NCBI GenBank assembly: GCA_902514105.1
Contig: CABXPU010000002.1
Span: 7,441-71,440 of the forward strand
Direction: 5' to 3'
DNA: 64,000 bases
Source: an uncultured SAR86 cluster bacterium
Lineage (GTDB): Bacteria > Pseudomonadota > Gammaproteobacteria > Magnimaribacterales > D2472
Shown: piece by piece, positions 1 through 11,893 of the stretch
How the letters are laid out: every line of letters begins with the position of its first letter
Position numbering within the stretch: the stretch's first letter is position 1
Notes under the pieces: generated by a model
What the model was told of the DNA's origin: nothing
The model's input: only the letters and a program-made list of their open reading frames with translations
Databases searched by the model: none
Translations under genes and position numbers: made by a program

Positions 1-260
1 ACCCTTCCTCCTCTTATCAGAACAAGTGAGTGCTCTTGAAGATTGTGCCCCTCCCCACCTATATATGAAGTAACTTCATAACCACTAGTTAATCGTACTC
101 TACAAACTTTCCTTAGAGCTGAATTAGGCTTCTTTGGTGTAGTTGTATAAACTCTTGTGCATACGCCACGTCTTTGGGGGCATGCTTCAAGAGCCGGCAC
201 ATCAGTTTTTCTGATTTTAGGCTTTCGCGATTTCTTTATTAACTGATTTACTGTTGCCAT
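1..260 (-). CDS. rpsL: 30S ribosomal protein S12 (N-terminal part; C-terminus lies beyond the window start)
   Basis: Reverse-complement translation from the ATG at 260..258 reads [87 protein letters not shown], a near-invariant S12 sequence. It is absent from the ORF track because it runs off the window edge. Confidence 0.93.
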   Translation of the reverse strand, partial: MATVNQLIKKSRKPKIRKTDVPALEACPQRRGVCTRVYTTTPKKPNSALRKVCRVRLTSGYEVTSYIGGEGHNLQEHSLVLIRGGR

Positions 261-284
261 AATAATTATCTATATTAGAGCGCG

Positions 285-313
285 ATTTTATAGAGATGAA
301 TGCATGCGGTCAA
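285..313 (-). promoter_or_regulatory. Candidate sigma70 promoter for rpsL (TTGACC-17 nt-TAAAAT)
   Basis: On the minus strand, TTGACC (313..308) is followed by a 17-nt spacer, TAAAAT (290..285) and a GC-rich CGCGC discriminator. It sits directly after the rpoC stop. No clear Shine-Dalgarno sequence precedes the rpsL ATG. Confidence 0.3.
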
Positions 314-315
314 CA

Positions 316-3300
316 TTATTCCTCACTTTCTTGAAGCTCTTGTCTTAAAGCAGCTTCGATATCGTCACTAGACAGAGTTGATTCCTCAAGATCTGTTTGT
401 TTTTTATTTTTAAGTTTGTCATGAAATTCCATGCCAGTTCCAGCTGGAACTAGCCTTCCAACAACAACATTTTCTTTAAGACCGCGTAAATAATCATTCT
501 TACCAGTAACAGCAGCTTCAGTTAGAACTCTTGTTGTTTCTTGGAATGAAGCAGCTGAAATAAATGAATTAGTTGCTAATGAGGCTTTTGTGATGCCAAG
601 CAAGACTCTTTCAAATTCTGCTGGAGTATTCCCAGCATCAACTACTTTCTGGTTCTCTTCTTTCATTTCAGTATAATCAACTTGATCACCTTGAATATAC
701 TTAGAGTCATTTCCATCAACAATTAATGCTTTTCTTAACATTTGTCTAAGAATTGTTTCTATATGCTTATCATTAATTGAAACACCTTGGAGTCTATAAA
801 CATCCTGAATTTCATTAACTATAAAGTTTGTTAATTCGGGAACTCCTTTTAGTCTTAGAATGTCATGAGGACTATAAGGGCCATCTGAAATAATATCCCC
901 TTTAGAAATCCTCTCTCCTTCAAACACAGATAAAATTCTATGTTTAGGAATTAGCATCTCGGTATTATGAGTTTTCTTTGTAGCTCCATCTGGTGTTATA
1001 ACCAGTCTTACTTTGCCTTTAGTTTCTTTACCAAAAGATATTATTCCTGATTCTTCTGATAAAACAGCAGCATCTTTTGGTTTTCTAGCTTCAAATAAAT
1101 CTGCTACTCTTGGCAATCCACCAGTAATATCTTTTGTTTTTGAAGCAACTAAAGGAATACGCGCTAAAACCTCGCCTGCAGTTAATTTTTGTCCTGCAGA
1201 CAAATTAACTAAAGCACTTGAAGGCAGTGTATAAGTTGCAGGAGCTTTATGATCTCCAACTAAAACTGGCTTACCTTTTGAATCAACTAGTGATATTGAT
1301 GGTACTAATTCTTTGCCGGCAGATGGTCTTTCTGAAATATCAATAACTTCGATACTGCTAAGACCTGTTAATTCATCAGTTTGAGATCTAACTGAAACGC
1401 CGTCAACAACATCATCTAGTCTTACTTTTCCTGATGTCTCAGAAATAATTGGTCTAGTGTATGGATCCCAGGAAGCAATCTTAATACCTTCTTCTAATGA
1501 GCTATTATCTTTAACTTCAAGAGTAGCCCCATAAGGCACCTTATACTGCTCAACTATTTTTCCTTGAGAATCAGTAATAGTACACATTGCATTTCTTGAT
1601 ACTACAACTTCCAACTTATCTTTATTTGATACTGTTTTTATATCCTCAGAAAAAGAAACTGTTCCAACATTTTTATTAAAGATGGCATTGTCTTCAGAAG
1701 AGCTTGATGCAGCTCCACCAATATGAAAAGTCCTCATTGTTAATTGAGTTCCTGGCTCGCCAATTGATTGGGCAGCCACTACTCCAACAGCCTCACCTCT
1801 ATGCACTAAATGTCCTCTTGCAAGATCTCGTCCATAACATGAAGAACATACTCCATGAGGAGCTTCACACGTCATAGGGGAGCGAACTTTTAAACTAGAT
1901 AAATTAAGTGATTCTATTTTTTCTAATGCATCTTCATCAAGCATTCTTCCAACTTCAAATAATTCTTTTCCATCAGCATCTAAAATTGGTTCAGCTATAA
2001 CCCTTCCTAAAATCCTATCGGTAAGAGCCTGAATAATTTCGCCGCCATCAATAATAGAAGTAACTGTGACAGAGTCCTCAGTTTTACAGTCATCCAGAAC
2101 TACTACACAATCCTGAGATACATCAACAAGTCTTCTAGTAAGATATCCTGAGTTAGCGGTTTTAAGCGCTGTGTCTGCTAAACCTTTTCTAGCTCCATGA
2201 GTAGAAATAAAGTACTGTAAAACAGATAATCCTTCTCTAAAGTTTGCAGTAATAGGCGTCTCTATAATAGATCCATCTGGTTTTGACATAAGTCCCCTCA
2301 TACCAGATAGCTGCCTAATTTGAGCCGGAGAGCCTCTAGCGCCAGAATCAGCATATATATAAACGGAATTAAATGATGGTTGAATAACATCATTACCTTC
2401 AGAATCTTTAACAGTTTCTGAACTAATTTTCTCCATCATTGCTTTTGCAACTTGCTCATTAGCCCTAGACCATATATCAATAACTTTATTATATCTTTCA
2501 CCCCTTGTAACTAACCCAGATTCAAATTGTTTCTCGATAGATTTAACCTCTTTTTCTGAAGAATCTACTATAGAAGATTTTGCTTCAGGAATTACGAAAT
2601 CATTTACCCCAATTGATGATCCAGACCTAGTAGAATAGTCAAAACCTAGATACATAAGTTGATCAGCAAAGATTACTGTCTTCTTTAATCCTGCCTTTCT
2701 GTATGAGATATCAATTAATTTTGATATTAATTTTTTATTTAATGTTTTATTGATATTATCAAACCCAACCTCAATTGGCGTTACTCTCCAAGCAAGAACT
2801 CTTCCAACAGTTGTATTTTCTATAAATGAACCCTTGTCTGCATTTGTAATCCTGCATTTAATGTTTGCATGAAGATCAATAGTTTCACCTTCGTATGCTC
2901 TCAATACTTCATCAGGATTACTGAAGACTCTGCCCTCTCCTTTACAATTGACTTTTTCTCTAGTCATGTAATAAAGCCCAAGTACCATATCTTGAGTTGG
3001 ATTAATTATTGGCGCTCCATCTGCAGGAGAAAGAATATTATTTGTAGACATCATTAAAGCTCTAGCTTCAAGTTGAGCTTCTAAAGTCAAAGGAACATGA
3101 ACTGCCATTTGATCACCATCAAAGTCTGCATTAAATGCCACACATACTAAAGGATGTAATTGAATTGCCTTGCCTTCAATAAGTTTAGGTTCAAAAGCTT
3201 GTAAACCTAGCCTGTGAAGTGTTGGTGCTCTATTTAGCATAACAGGATGTTCTCTAATAACTTCTTCTAAGACTTCCCATACTTCTGGGGTTTCTCTTTC

Positions 3301-4497
3301 TACAAGCTTCTTAGCAGATTTAATAGTTGTAGCAAGCTCTCTTTGTTCTAACTTCCCATAAACAAATGGTTTAAATAATTCTAATGCCATTTTTTTAGGT
3401 AGGCCGCATTGATGTAGCTTTAAGTTGGGGCCTGAAACAATTACAGATCTTCCAGAATAGTCCACCCTTTTACCTAAAAGGTTTTGTCTAAATCTTCCGC
3501 CCTTTCCTTTAATCATGTCTGCTAAAGATTTAAGAGGTCTTTTGTTAGTTCCTGTAATAACCCTTCCTCTTCTTCCATTATCTAATAATGCATCAACTGA
3601 CTCTTGCAACATGCGCTTTTCATTTCTCACAATAATGTCTGGGGCACTAAGCTCTAAAAGTCTTTTGAGTCTATTGTTTCTATTAATAACCCTTCTATAC
3701 AAATCATTAAGATCTGATGTAGCAAATCTTCCGCCTTCTAGAGGAACTAGTGGTCTAAGATCAGGAGGAAGAACTGGTAAAACATTCATAACCATCCACT
3801 CAGGTTTATTTCCTGAATTATTAAAAGCTTCAAGAAGCTTTAATCTTTTTGAGAGTTTTTTTAGCTTTGTTTCAGAATTAGTTTGAGGTATTTCTTCTCT
3901 AATAATTCTTATTTCGTCTTCTATATCAAGCTCTATAAGCAGCCCTTGGATTGCTTCAGCTCCCATGTCAGCTGTAAAATCATCTCCATACTCATCGAAA
4001 GCTTCTACAAACTCTTCTTCAGTTAGAATCTGTCCTTTTTCTAATTCTGTCAAACCTGGATCAGTAACAATATAGCTTTCAAAATATAAAACTCTTTCAA
4101 TTTCACGCAGAGTGATATCAAGCAGTAAACCTATTCTTGAAGGAAGAGATTTTAAAAACCATATATGAGCAACAGGAGCAGCCAAATCAATATGACCCAT
4201 TCTTTCTCTTCTTACTTTAGCTAAAGTAACTTCAACGCCACATTTTTCACAAACAACGCCTCTGTGCTTCATACGTTTATATTTTCCGCAAATACATTCG
4301 TAATCTTTTATAGGTCCAAAAATCTTAGAACAAAATAGACCATCTCTTTCGGGTTTAAAAGTTCTATAATTTATTGTTTCTGGCTTCCTAACTTCACCAA
4401 AAGACCATGATTTGATCATTTGAGGCGATGCTAATCCTGCCGATATTGTAGAAAAATCGTCTTGACCTGATTTTAATAAATTTAATAAGTCTCTCAA
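316..4497 (-). CDS. rpoC: DNA-directed RNA polymerase subunit beta prime
   Basis: 1393-aa ORF with an N-terminal zinc-binding cysteine cluster ([16 protein letters not shown]) and the catalytic [12 protein letters not shown] motif. It follows rpoB. Confidence 0.98.
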   Translation of the reverse strand: MRDLLNLLKSGQDDFSTISAGLASPQMIKSWSFGEVRKPETINYRTFKPERDGLFCSKIFGPIKDYECICGKYKRMKHRGVVCEKCGVEVTLAKVRRERMGHIDLAAPVAHIWFLKSLPSRIGLLLDITLREIERVLYFESYIVTDPGLTELEKGQILTEEEFVEAFDEYGDDFTADMGAEAIQGLLIELDIEDEIRIIREEIPQTNSETKLKKLSKRLKLLEAFNNSGNKPEWMVMNVLPVLPPDLRPLVPLEGGRFATSDLNDLYRRVINRNNRLKRLLELSAPDIIVRNEKRMLQESVDALLDNGRRGRVITGTNKRPLKSLADMIKGKGGRFRQNLLGKRVDYSGRSVIVSGPNLKLHQCGLPKKMALELFKPFVYGKLEQRELATTIKSAKKLVERETPEVWEVLEEVIREHPVMLNRAPTLHRLGLQAFEPKLIEGKAIQLHPLVCVAFNADFDGDQMAVHVPLTLEAQLEARALMMSTNNILSPADGAPIINPTQDMVLGLYYMTREKVNCKGEGRVFSNPDEVLRAYEGETIDLHANIKCRITNADKGSFIENTTVGRVLAWRVTPIEVGFDNINKTLNKKLISKLIDISYRKAGLKKTVIFADQLMYLGFDYSTRSGSSIGVNDFVIPEAKSSIVDSSEKEVKSIEKQFESGLVTRGERYNKVIDIWSRANEQVAKAMMEKISSETVKDSEGNDVIQPSFNSVYIYADSGARGSPAQIRQLSGMRGLMSKPDGSIIETPITANFREGLSVLQYFISTHGARKGLADTALKTANSGYLTRRLVDVSQDCVVVLDDCKTEDSVTVTSIIDGGEIIQALTDRILGRVIAEPILDADGKELFEVGRMLDEDALEKIESLNLSSLKVRSPMTCEAPHGVCSSCYGRDLARGHLVHRGEAVGVVAAQSIGEPGTQLTMRTFHIGGAASSSSEDNAIFNKNVGTVSFSEDIKTVSNKDKLEVVVSRNAMCTITDSQGKIVEQYKVPYGATLEVKDNSSLEEGIKIASWDPYTRPIISETSGKVRLDDVVDGVSVRSQTDELTGLSSIEVIDISERPSAGKELVPSISLVDSKGKPVLVGDHKAPATYTLPSSALVNLSAGQKLTAGEVLARIPLVASKTKDITGGLPRVADLFEARKPKDAAVLSEESGIISFGKETKGKVRLVITPDGATKKTHNTEMLIPKHRILSVFEGERISKGDIISDGPYSPHDILRLKGVPELTNFIVNEIQDVYRLQGVSINDKHIETILRQMLRKALIVDGNDSKYIQGDQVDYTEMKEENQKVVDAGNTPAEFERVLLGITKASLATNSFISAASFQETTRVLTEAAVTGKNDYLRGLKENVVVGRLVPAGTGMEFHDKLKNKKQTDLEESTLSSDDIEAALRQELQESEE

Positions 4498-4506
4498 TTT
4501 CTTCTC

Positions 4507-7500
4507 CTAATTTTCTGAATCTAATTCAATATTTATACCTAATGATTTAATTTCCTTGCTCAGGACATTAAAAGATTCTGGTATATTTGCATCCATTTGA
4601 TATGAGCCATCTACAATGTTTTTATACATTTTTGTCCTTCCAGCAACATCATCAGATTTAACAGTTAACATTTCTTGAAGTGTATAAGAAGCTCCATATG
4701 CCTCAAGAGCCCATACTTCCATTTCACCAAACCTTTGACCACCAAATTGAGCTTTACCACCCAATGGTTGTTGGGTAACTAAGCTATATGAGCCAGTAGA
4801 CCTAGCATGCATCTTGTCATCAACTAAATGATTAAGTTTGATCATGTACATATACCCAACGGTAACAGGCCTTTCAAATTTAGATCCTGTTCTTCCGTCA
4901 TATAAGGTGAATTGTCCTGAATCTGGAAGATCTGCAAGCTTTAACAAGTCCTTTATCTCACTTTCTTTTGCACCATCAAAAACTGGCGTTGCTATAGGAA
5001 GTCCTGACGAAAGGTTGGTTGCTAATTCTTTAATCTCTGAATTATTAAATGAATCTAAGTCTTCTTTATTTGCTGCATTTTTGTTGTATAAAATATTTAA
5101 GTAATCCTTTAGTTCATTTGGTTTAGCATTTTCTTTAAGCATTAAATCTATTTTTTCTCCAATACCTTTAGCTGCCATTCCCATATGGGTTTCAAGAATC
5201 TGTCCAACATTCATTCTAGAAGGAACTCCTAATGGGTTTAAAACAATATCTACTGGAACACCACTTTCATCATGTGGCATATCTTCAACAGGCATAATTT
5301 CAGAAATAACGCCCTTATTACCATGTCTTCCTGCCATCTTATCTCCTGGCTGGATTCTTCTTTTAATAGCTAAATAAACTTTGACAATTTTAATTACTCC
5401 TGGCGCTAGATCATGGCCCCTAATAATCTTTTCTTTTTTCTCTGCGAATCTAGTCTTAATATCTTTTAAATATTGTTTTAGATTTTTTTCTGTCTCTTCA
5501 ACTCTTTTATTAATTGAATCTGAATCAGTTCTAATAGAAAGTAAATCATCTAATGAAAGTTCATTTAAGCTGTCTAAAGTAATGCTTGTGCCCTTTTTTA
5601 AGCCCGGTGCTTTAACAACTTTATTTCCTTTTAAGATCTCAGCAACTCTTAGCTTGGTTGCATCCTCAACAATTCTAGTTTCATCATCAGCATCTTTCTT
5701 AGATTGTGATAAATGATCCTCTTCAATTGCTTGGGTTCTGGTATCTTTTTCAACTCCATCTCTAGTAAAGACCTCTACACCAATAACAGTTCCTTTGGTG
5801 CTAGATGGAGCTCTTAAAGAAGTATCTTTTACATCAGAAGCTTTCTCTCCAAAAATTGCTCTTAGCAATTTTTCTTCTGGAGAAAGTTGAGTTTCACCTT
5901 TAGGTGTAATCTTTCCTACTAAAATATCACCAGGTTCAACTTCAGCACCAACATAAACAATGCCACAATCATCTAATTTTCCTAACGATCCTTCTCCAAC
6001 ATTTGGAATATCGGCGGTAATTTCTTCAGATCCAAGCTTTGTATCTCTAGCTATACAGGTTAATTCTTGAATATGAATAGATGTGAATCTATCTTCTCTT
6101 GCTACTTTTTCTGATATTAAGATTGAATCTTCAAAGTTGTATCCATTCCATGGCATAAAAGCTATTCTTATATTTTGTCCAAGTGCAAGCTCACCATTAT
6201 CAATTGATGGCCCGTCAGCTAAAACATCTCCTGCTTTAACTTTATCCCCAATTTTTACTATTGGTCTTTGGTTGATACAAGTATTTTGATTTGATCTTGT
6301 GTATTTAATTAAATTGTATACATCAACAGCAGATTTACTATGCTTTGTATCTGTAACTCTAACTACTATCCTTGCAGCATCTACATTTTCAACAATACCG
6401 TTGGTTTTAGAAACTATGCAAACCCCTGAATCTCTAGCAACAACTGATTCTAGTCCAGTTCCTACTAGTGGCTTCTCAGGCCTAAGGCATGGAACCGCTT
6501 GACGTTGCATATTTGAGCCCATTAAAGCTCTATTAGCATCATCATGTTCAAGAAATGGGATTAACGAAGCCGCAACAGAAACAACCTGTTGAGGAGATAC
6601 ATCCATCAGATCAACTCTATCAGGTGACATAAGCTCAAATTCGCTTGCGTGTCTAACAGCAACTAAATCATCAACAAATCTATTATTCTTATCTAAATGA
6701 ATATTTGCCTGAGCAATAACATGCTCACCCTCGTCAATTGCAGAAAGATATACAATCTCATTAGTGACCTTACCTTTTAAAACTTTTCTATATGGTGTTT
6801 CTATAAAACCATAATCATTAGTCCTTGCGTATGATGCAAAAGAATTTATTAGCCCTATATTTGGCCCCTCAGGAGTTTCAATAGGACAAACTCTTCCATA
6901 GTGAGTAGGATGAACATCTCTAACCTCAAACCCAGCCCTTTCTCTTGTAAGACCTCCAGGCCCTAGCGCAGATACCCTTCTTTTATGAGTTATCTCTGAT
7001 AATGGATTATTTTGGTCCATAAATTGTGATAATTGGCTTGATCCAAAAAATTCTTTAATGGCTGCAGTTACAGGTTTAGCATTAATTAAATCTTGAGGTC
7101 CAAGTTCGTCTGCCTCAGCCATACTTAATCTTTCTCTTACTGCTCTTTCAACTCTAATAAGCCCAACCCTAAATTGATTAGCTGTCATTTCGCCAACGGA
7201 TCTAACTCTTCTATTACCTAGATGGTCTATATCATCTACAATGTCATGACCATCTCTAATAGCCACAATTCCTTTCATTACCTCGATAATGTCACCTTTA
7301 TCAAGAATATGAGGAGTTTCTTTTTCAGCTTCTATTCTTAACCTTCTATTGAATTTCATCCTTCCAACTTCAGAAAGATCATATCTTTCATTATTAAAAA
7401 AGAGGTTGTTAAATAAGGTTTCAGCTGAATCTTTAGTAGGGGGCTCTCCCGGTCTCATCATTCTGTAGATTTCTACTAAAGCTTCTAATCTATTTGATGT

Positions 7501-8577
7501 TGGATCAGATCTTAAAGTGTCTGAAATATAAGGACCTTTATCTAACTCATTTATATAAAGACACTCGATATCTGAAATATTGTTTTCTTTAAGTAATTCA
7601 ATAGTTTCATCTTCTATCAATGTATTTGCTGAGAGTAAGATTTCACCTGTTTCTTGGTTAAAAATATCTTTTGCAGTTACTTTATTTAATAGGTAGTCTT
7701 CAGGCAATGATAGCTCGCTGATATTTCCTTTTGACATTTCTCTAACATGTCTTGCTGTTATACGTTTTCCAGCTTCTACATAAACCTTACTTCTAACTTT
7801 GATATCAACTGAAAGTGTTTCCCCTCTTAATCTTTCAGGAATTATTTTCATATTCACTGAATCTTTACCTAGCACATAACTATCATTCTCATAAAAATGA
7901 GAAAGGATTTCTTCAGTCCCCATATCAAGAGCTCGAAGCATTATTGTTGCAGGAATTTTTCTTCTTCTATCAATTCTACAAAATAAAATATCTTTAGGAT
8001 CAAACTCAAAATCAAGCCAAGAGCCTCTGTATGGAATTACTCTTGCTGAGTATAAAACCTTCCCAGATGAATGCGTCTTACCTTTATCATGATCAAAAAA
8101 TACTCCTGGGGATCTATGTAATTGAGCTACAACTACTCTTTCAGTTCCATTAATAATAAAAGACCCGTCATCAGTCATTAATGGGACCTCTCCCATAAAG
8201 ACCTCTCCTTCTTTAATATCCTTTACTTCTTTAAAGTTAGTTTCACGATCATATAAAACTAATTTAACTTTAATCCTAAGTGGAGCAGAATATGAAAGAC
8301 CTTGAATTAAACATTCCTGGACATCATAAACATTTTTACCTAGTTCATAAGAAACATATTCAAGGGCAGCATTACCAGAAACACTGGTTATGGGAAATAA
8401 AGATTGAAATACATCTTCTAGACCTTGTCTTTTTCTAGTTTCAAGACTAACGTCTGATTGAAGGAATTCTGAATAAGAATCTAATTGGGTTTCAATAAGG
8501 TTGGGTAATTCCATAACCTTAGCAAAAGTTCCAAAATTCTTTCTTATTCTCTTTTTTTCGGTATAACTGTATGTCAT
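4507..8577 (-). CDS. rpoB: DNA-directed RNA polymerase subunit beta
   Basis: 1356-aa ORF with N-terminus [16 protein letters not shown] and conserved beta-subunit blocks (for example [13 protein letters not shown]). It sits in the rplL-rpoB-rpoC order. Confidence 0.98.
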   Translation of the reverse strand: MTYSYTEKKRIRKNFGTFAKVMELPNLIETQLDSYSEFLQSDVSLETRKRQGLEDVFQSLFPITSVSGNAALEYVSYELGKNVYDVQECLIQGLSYSAPLRIKVKLVLYDRETNFKEVKDIKEGEVFMGEVPLMTDDGSFIINGTERVVVAQLHRSPGVFFDHDKGKTHSSGKVLYSARVIPYRGSWLDFEFDPKDILFCRIDRRRKIPATIMLRALDMGTEEILSHFYENDSYVLGKDSVNMKIIPERLRGETLSVDIKVRSKVYVEAGKRITARHVREMSKGNISELSLPEDYLLNKVTAKDIFNQETGEILLSANTLIEDETIELLKENNISDIECLYINELDKGPYISDTLRSDPTSNRLEALVEIYRMMRPGEPPTKDSAETLFNNLFFNNERYDLSEVGRMKFNRRLRIEAEKETPHILDKGDIIEVMKGIVAIRDGHDIVDDIDHLGNRRVRSVGEMTANQFRVGLIRVERAVRERLSMAEADELGPQDLINAKPVTAAIKEFFGSSQLSQFMDQNNPLSEITHKRRVSALGPGGLTRERAGFEVRDVHPTHYGRVCPIETPEGPNIGLINSFASYARTNDYGFIETPYRKVLKGKVTNEIVYLSAIDEGEHVIAQANIHLDKNNRFVDDLVAVRHASEFELMSPDRVDLMDVSPQQVVSVAASLIPFLEHDDANRALMGSNMQRQAVPCLRPEKPLVGTGLESVVARDSGVCIVSKTNGIVENVDAARIVVRVTDTKHSKSAVDVYNLIKYTRSNQNTCINQRPIVKIGDKVKAGDVLADGPSIDNGELALGQNIRIAFMPWNGYNFEDSILISEKVAREDRFTSIHIQELTCIARDTKLGSEEITADIPNVGEGSLGKLDDCGIVYVGAEVEPGDILVGKITPKGETQLSPEEKLLRAIFGEKASDVKDTSLRAPSSTKGTVIGVEVFTRDGVEKDTRTQAIEEDHLSQSKKDADDETRIVEDATKLRVAEILKGNKVVKAPGLKKGTSITLDSLNELSLDDLLSIRTDSDSINKRVEETEKNLKQYLKDIKTRFAEKKEKIIRGHDLAPGVIKIVKVYLAIKRRIQPGDKMAGRHGNKGVISEIMPVEDMPHDESGVPVDIVLNPLGVPSRMNVGQILETHMGMAAKGIGEKIDLMLKENAKPNELKDYLNILYNKNAANKEDLDSFNNSEIKELATNLSSGLPIATPVFDGAKESEIKDLLKLADLPDSGQFTLYDGRTGSKFERPVTVGYMYMIKLNHLVDDKMHARSTGSYSLVTQQPLGGKAQFGGQRFGEMEVWALEAYGASYTLQEMLTVKSDDVAGRTKMYKNIVDGSYQMDANIPESFNVLSKEIKSLGINIELDSEN

Positions 8578-8612
8578 AAACGAGCCCTTTTGTATGTTTT
8601 TAATTAATTAAG

Positions 8613-8993
8613 TTATTTAAGTTCCCCTGCTGCTCCTGCATCAGTAAGCTGTTTTAACATTTCTTCAGCTTCTTCTTTCTTTACGCCTTCTTTAAGCGTA
8701 TTTGGAGCACCATCAACTAGGTCTTTAGCTTCTTTTAAGCCAAGCCCGGTAATAGCTCTTACAGCTTTTATAACTTGGACTTTCTGATCTCCAGCAGCGC
8801 TAAGAACAACGTCAAAAGCGTCTTTCTCTTCTGCTGCTTCACCACCAGCATCCGCTGCCGCTGCGGGCGCAGCTGCAACTGCTGCTGCTGCAGTTACTCC
8901 AAATTTTTCTTCAATTGCTGATATAAGATCAACGAGGTCCATTACGGACATTTCTTCTATAGCTTTTAAGATATCATCTTTACTTGTTGCCAT
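8613..8993 (-). CDS. rplL: 50S ribosomal protein L7/L12
   Basis: [33 protein letters not shown], then an Ala-rich hinge and the conserved C-terminal domain. I moved the start to the internal ATG at 8993, preceded by GGAGA (9005..9001). The ORF-track start at 9035 would overlap rplJ. Confidence 0.93.
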   Translation of the reverse strand: MATSKDDILKAIEEMSVMDLVDLISAIEEKFGVTAAAAVAAAPAAAADAGGEAAEEKDAFDVVLSAAGDQKVQVIKAVRAITGLGLKEAKDLVDGAPNTLKEGVKKEEAEEMLKQLTDAGAAGELK

Positions 8994-9009
8994 TTTATAT
9001 TCTCCTTTT

Positions 9010-9540
9010 TTAGGCAGATGCCTGTTTGTTGTCACGAACTGCTGATAAGACTCGAGCTAGCTTGCTTGGTACTTCATTCAATAAAGTAGCAAACTTGCCA
9101 ACGGGTGCCTGTAAAACAGAAGCTATAAGACTCAAAGCCTCATCTCTTGATGGTAATTTAGCTAAGATATCAATCTGAGCTCCATCAAGTAATTGACCCT
9201 CAACAACTAAAGCTTTGATTTCTAATTCTTCAAAGTTTTTAGCGTAAGTTTTGAGTAATTTAGCTGCTGCACCTGGTTCATCAAATGAAAAAGCAAACAG
9301 GGAGGGCCCTGTTAAAACTTCATCGGAACATCCAAAGTCAGTTCCCTCAAATGCTAATTTAGCAAGAGAGTTCTTAATAACCTGAATATGCACTCCGGCT
9401 TCAGTTGCTTTTTGTCTAACTTCAGATATTTCTGGTACTTTTAAACCACGTGCATCTGAAATAACTAAAGATGATGCAGAAGAAGCGACTTCTTTCACTT
9501 CTTTTACTATCCTTTCTTTTTCACTTTTTGCTAATGCCAC
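9010..9540 (-). CDS. rplJ: 50S ribosomal protein L10
   Basis: 176-aa ORF in the canonical position between rplA and rplL, with L10-like sequence throughout. Confidence 0.93.
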   Translation of the reverse strand: MALAKSEKERIVKEVKEVASSASSLVISDARGLKVPEISEVRQKATEAGVHIQVIKNSLAKLAFEGTDFGCSDEVLTGPSLFAFSFDEPGAAAKLLKTYAKNFEELEIKALVVEGQLLDGAQIDILAKLPSRDEALSLIASVLQAPVGKFATLLNEVPSKLARVLSAVRDNKQASA

Positions 9541-9698
9541 AGCAATTCTCCTTTATATACCTTTCGGCGTTTCGGCGACAAACTGCAAACCTGCAATCTA
9601 ATCACCACCTACGTAGGAAATTAAGTCTTTCAACACCTACGGTCTTTGACGGCTGCGAATATCGCAACAATCTAGAATCTCTTTCGAGATCCTAAAAC
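9541..9698 (-). promoter_or_regulatory. rplJ 5' leader, probable L10(L12)4 autoregulatory RNA
   Basis: At 158 nt this is one of the longest non-coding gaps in the window, and it is visibly GC-richer than its surroundings. It holds several hairpins on the minus strand, including UAGGAUCUC-GAAA-GAGAUUCUA (9 bp, GNRA loop) just after the rplA stop, GCGA-UAU-UCGC, and the palindrome CCUACGUAGG. The position matches the L10 leader known in gammaproteobacteria. Confidence 0.45.
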
Positions 9699-10391
9699 TT
9701 ATACTAGTTCCGCTGAACTAATTTTTACCCCTGGGCCCATAGTGCTACTTAAAGCAATATTGCCTATATAAATCCCTTTAGATGAAGCTGGTTTTAATTT
9801 TTTTAACTCAGCTAAAAGAGCAGTTGCATTTGACTGAATCTTGTCAGCATCAAATGATACTTTCCCTATGCATCCATGAATAATCCCATTTTTATCTGTT
9901 CTAAATCTCACTTGGCCTGCTTTTACATTGTTAACTGCAGAAGTAACATCATCAGAAACTGTTCCAGTTTTTGGATTTGGCATTAAGCCCTTAGGTCCAA
10001 GAACCTGCCCAAGCTTACCAACAACTTTCATGGCAGCTTGAGTAGATATCACAACATCTACATCTAATTCTTCTTTTGTAAACTTCTCAGCTAGATCATC
10101 CATTCCAATAAATTCTGCTCCTGCTTTTTTGGCTTGATCAGCTGCATCACCATCAGCAAAAACCGCTACTGTTACAGCCTTACCTAAAGAATTAGGCAAA
10201 GTAACTGCACCTCTCACATTTTGATCAGATTTTCCAGCATCAACACCCAATTTAATTGAAATATCTATTGATTCTTCAAATTTAGATGACTTTACAGCTT
10301 GAAATATCTCCATTGCTTCTGCAATAGAATGTATTTTATTAGGATCAAGCTTTTCTGAAATAATTTTTTCTTTTTTTGTAATTTTTGTCAT
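9699..10391 (-). CDS. rplA: 50S ribosomal protein L1
   Basis: 230-aa ORF with L1-like sequence. Its start overlaps the rplK stop by 1 nt (TAATG). Confidence 0.95.
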   Translation of the reverse strand: MTKITKKEKIISEKLDPNKIHSIAEAMEIFQAVKSSKFEESIDISIKLGVDAGKSDQNVRGAVTLPNSLGKAVTVAVFADGDAADQAKKAGAEFIGMDDLAEKFTKEELDVDVVISTQAAMKVVGKLGQVLGPKGLMPNPKTGTVSDDVTSAVNNVKAGQVRFRTDKNGIIHGCIGKVSFDADKIQSNATALLAELKKLKPASSKGIYIGNIALSSTMGPGVKISSAELV

Positions 10392-10819
10392 TATAAATCT
10401 ACCTCAACACCCATACTTCTTGCAGTGCCTGCAATTATTCTTACAGCATTATCAATATCATTAGCATTTAGATCAGGTTCTTTCATTTTTGCAATTTCTT
10501 CTAATTGTTTTCTAGAAATCTTTCCTACCTTTTCTTTGTTTGGCTCGCCACTACCTTTAGGAATATTTAGAGCTTTTTTAATCAAAACTGCAGCTGGAGG
10601 AGTTTTAACTATAAAAGTAAAAGATTTATCTTCATATACACTAATTACTACTGGAAGAGGTAATCCCTTCTCAGCATCTTTGGTCTCTGTATTAAATGCA
10701 TTACAAAAATCCATAATGTTAACTCCTGCTTGACCCAAAGCTGGCCCTACAGGTGGGCTAGGATTTGCTCCGCCCGCTGGAATTTGTAATTTTAAAACTG
10801 TTGCAACTTTTTTAGCCAT
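10391..10819 (-). CDS. rplK: 50S ribosomal protein L11
   Basis: 142-aa ORF beginning [39 protein letters not shown], a classic L11 N-terminus. Confidence 0.96.
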   Translation of the reverse strand: MAKKVATVLKLQIPAGGANPSPPVGPALGQAGVNIMDFCNAFNTETKDAEKGLPLPVVISVYEDKSFTFIVKTPPAAVLIKKALNIPKGSGEPNKEKVGKISRKQLEEIAKMKEPDLNANDIDNAVRIIAGTARSMGVEVDL

Positions 10820-11346
10820 TATGTTTTCTCTATTTGCATGAAATTTAAATTAACCGGAGTTGATCTTCCTAGGATCTGAACAGCTACTCTTACTGAGTTT
10901 CTTTCATAATTTACATCCTCAACAACCCCATTGAAATCATTAAATGGTCCATCGCAGACTCTAACAACTTCACCTGGTTCATAAATTGTTTTAGGAGCAG
11001 GAGCATCCTCTCCAACCTCAATTCTATTTATAATATTATTTACATCTTCTTGAGAAATAGGCATTGGTTTATCTTTAGTTCCACCAACAAATCCTGAAAC
11101 TCTAGGAGTTTGTTTAACAAGTTGCCAGCTATCGTCCTCTAAATCCATTTGTATCAATACGTATCCAGGGAAAAATTTTCTTTCGGTTGTTCTTTTTGCT
11201 CCCTTTTTTAGCTCAACGATTTGTTCAGTAGGAACTAAAATCTCTCCAAATTTATCCCCCAACCCCTCTAATTGAATTTTTTCTTCCAAGGCAGCTTTCA
11301 CTTTAACCTCGTATCCTGAATATGCCTGTATTACATACCAATCCAT
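10819..11346 (-). CDS. nusG: Transcription termination/antitermination factor NusG
   Basis: 175-aa ORF with an NGN domain ([11 protein letters not shown]) and a C-terminal KOW region. It sits in the secE-nusG-rplK order. Confidence 0.95.
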   Translation of the reverse strand: MDWYVIQAYSGYEVKVKAALEEKIQLEGLGDKFGEILVPTEQIVELKKGAKRTTERKFFPGYVLIQMDLEDDSWQLVKQTPRVSGFVGGTKDKPMPISQEDVNNIINRIEVGEDAPAPKTIYEPGEVVRVCDGPFNDFNGVVEDVNYERNSVRVAVQILGRSTPVNLNFMQIEKT

Positions 11347-11353
11347 TATCTTA

Positions 11354-11716
11354 TTACCCTAAAATAAATTTAAAAATCCAACTTAAAAAAGACTCAAGGC
11401 CCCAAAAGAAAAGACATAAAACAACAATTGCACCGAATACAATTGCAAATGTTTGGGTAGTCTCATTTCTTGTTGGCCACACAACTCTTCTTATTTCAGT
11501 TCTTGATTCGCGCATTAATTTAATTGAGTTTGATCCAAATTCAGTAAAAGCTAAAAAGCTTAAACCTAGGCCAAATAGAAAGACTACGCCAAGAACTCTG
11601 TATAAGAATGCAATTTCAGAAAAGTAACTATTACCAACAACCGCCATACTAAAAATAGTTAAAGCTATAACCCACTTAAGTCTATCAAACAATTTTGAAG
11701 CTGATTCTTTAGTCAT
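11354..11716 (-). CDS. secE: Preprotein translocase subunit SecE
   Basis: 120-aa hydrophobic protein with three predicted TM segments, immediately upstream of nusG and downstream of tRNA-Trp. Confidence 0.85.
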   Translation of the reverse strand: MTKESASKLFDRLKWVIALTIFSMAVVGNSYFSEIAFLYRVLGVVFLFGLGLSFLAFTEFGSNSIKLMRESRTEIRRVVWPTRNETTQTFAIVFGAIVVLCLFFWGLESFLSWIFKFILG

Positions 11717-11744
11717 AATTTCTACTCTACCAGCATATTGTTAT

Positions 11745-11820
11745 TGGCAGGCCAGGAGGGTCTCGAACCCCCAACCTCCGGTTTTGGAGACCGCCGCTCT
11801 ACCAATTGAGCTACTGGCCT
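11745..11820 (-). tRNA. trpT: tRNA-Trp (anticodon CCA)
   Basis: The minus-strand sequence AGGCCAGTAGCTCAATTGGTAGAGCGGCGGTCTCCAAAACCG...CCTGGCCTGCCA folds as a cloverleaf with a 7-bp acceptor stem, anticodon loop CT-CCA-AA and an encoded CCA end. Confidence 0.93.
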
Positions 11821-11845
11821 ATAAACTTCCTTCATATTTCTCAAA

Positions 11846-11876
11846 GACAAATAAGCCGAAGCGCTAGGCTTCGGCT
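11846..11876 (-). terminator. Rho-independent terminator downstream of tuf
   Basis: On the minus strand, a perfect 9-bp stem AGCCGAAGC / GCUUCGGCU (11876..11854) with a 5-nt loop is followed by UAUUUGUCUUU. Confidence 0.5.
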
Positions 11877-11893
11877 ATAAATATCTAAAAATA

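Noticed and set aside
1013-8000. Plus-strand ORFs of 60 to 123 aa inside rpoC and rpoB (for example 3515..3886 and 5381..5716).
   Set aside because: They lie antisense to strongly conserved genes and have low-complexity Ser/Leu/Phe-rich translations with no recognisable motifs. This is typical of shadow ORFs produced by the codon bias of the true gene.
8994-9035. N-terminal extensions in the ORF track for rplL (start 9035), accB (49796) and the TonB receptor (15370).
   Set aside because: The extensions overlap upstream genes or precede obvious canonical N-termini or signal peptides. Internal ATGs with better context were chosen.
10425-11627. Antisense ORFs of about 100 aa opposite rplK, nusG and secE (10425..10733 and 11322..11627).
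   Set aside because: Same shadow-ORF pattern. They are fully embedded in well-supported genes, and I saw no SD or start-codon context.
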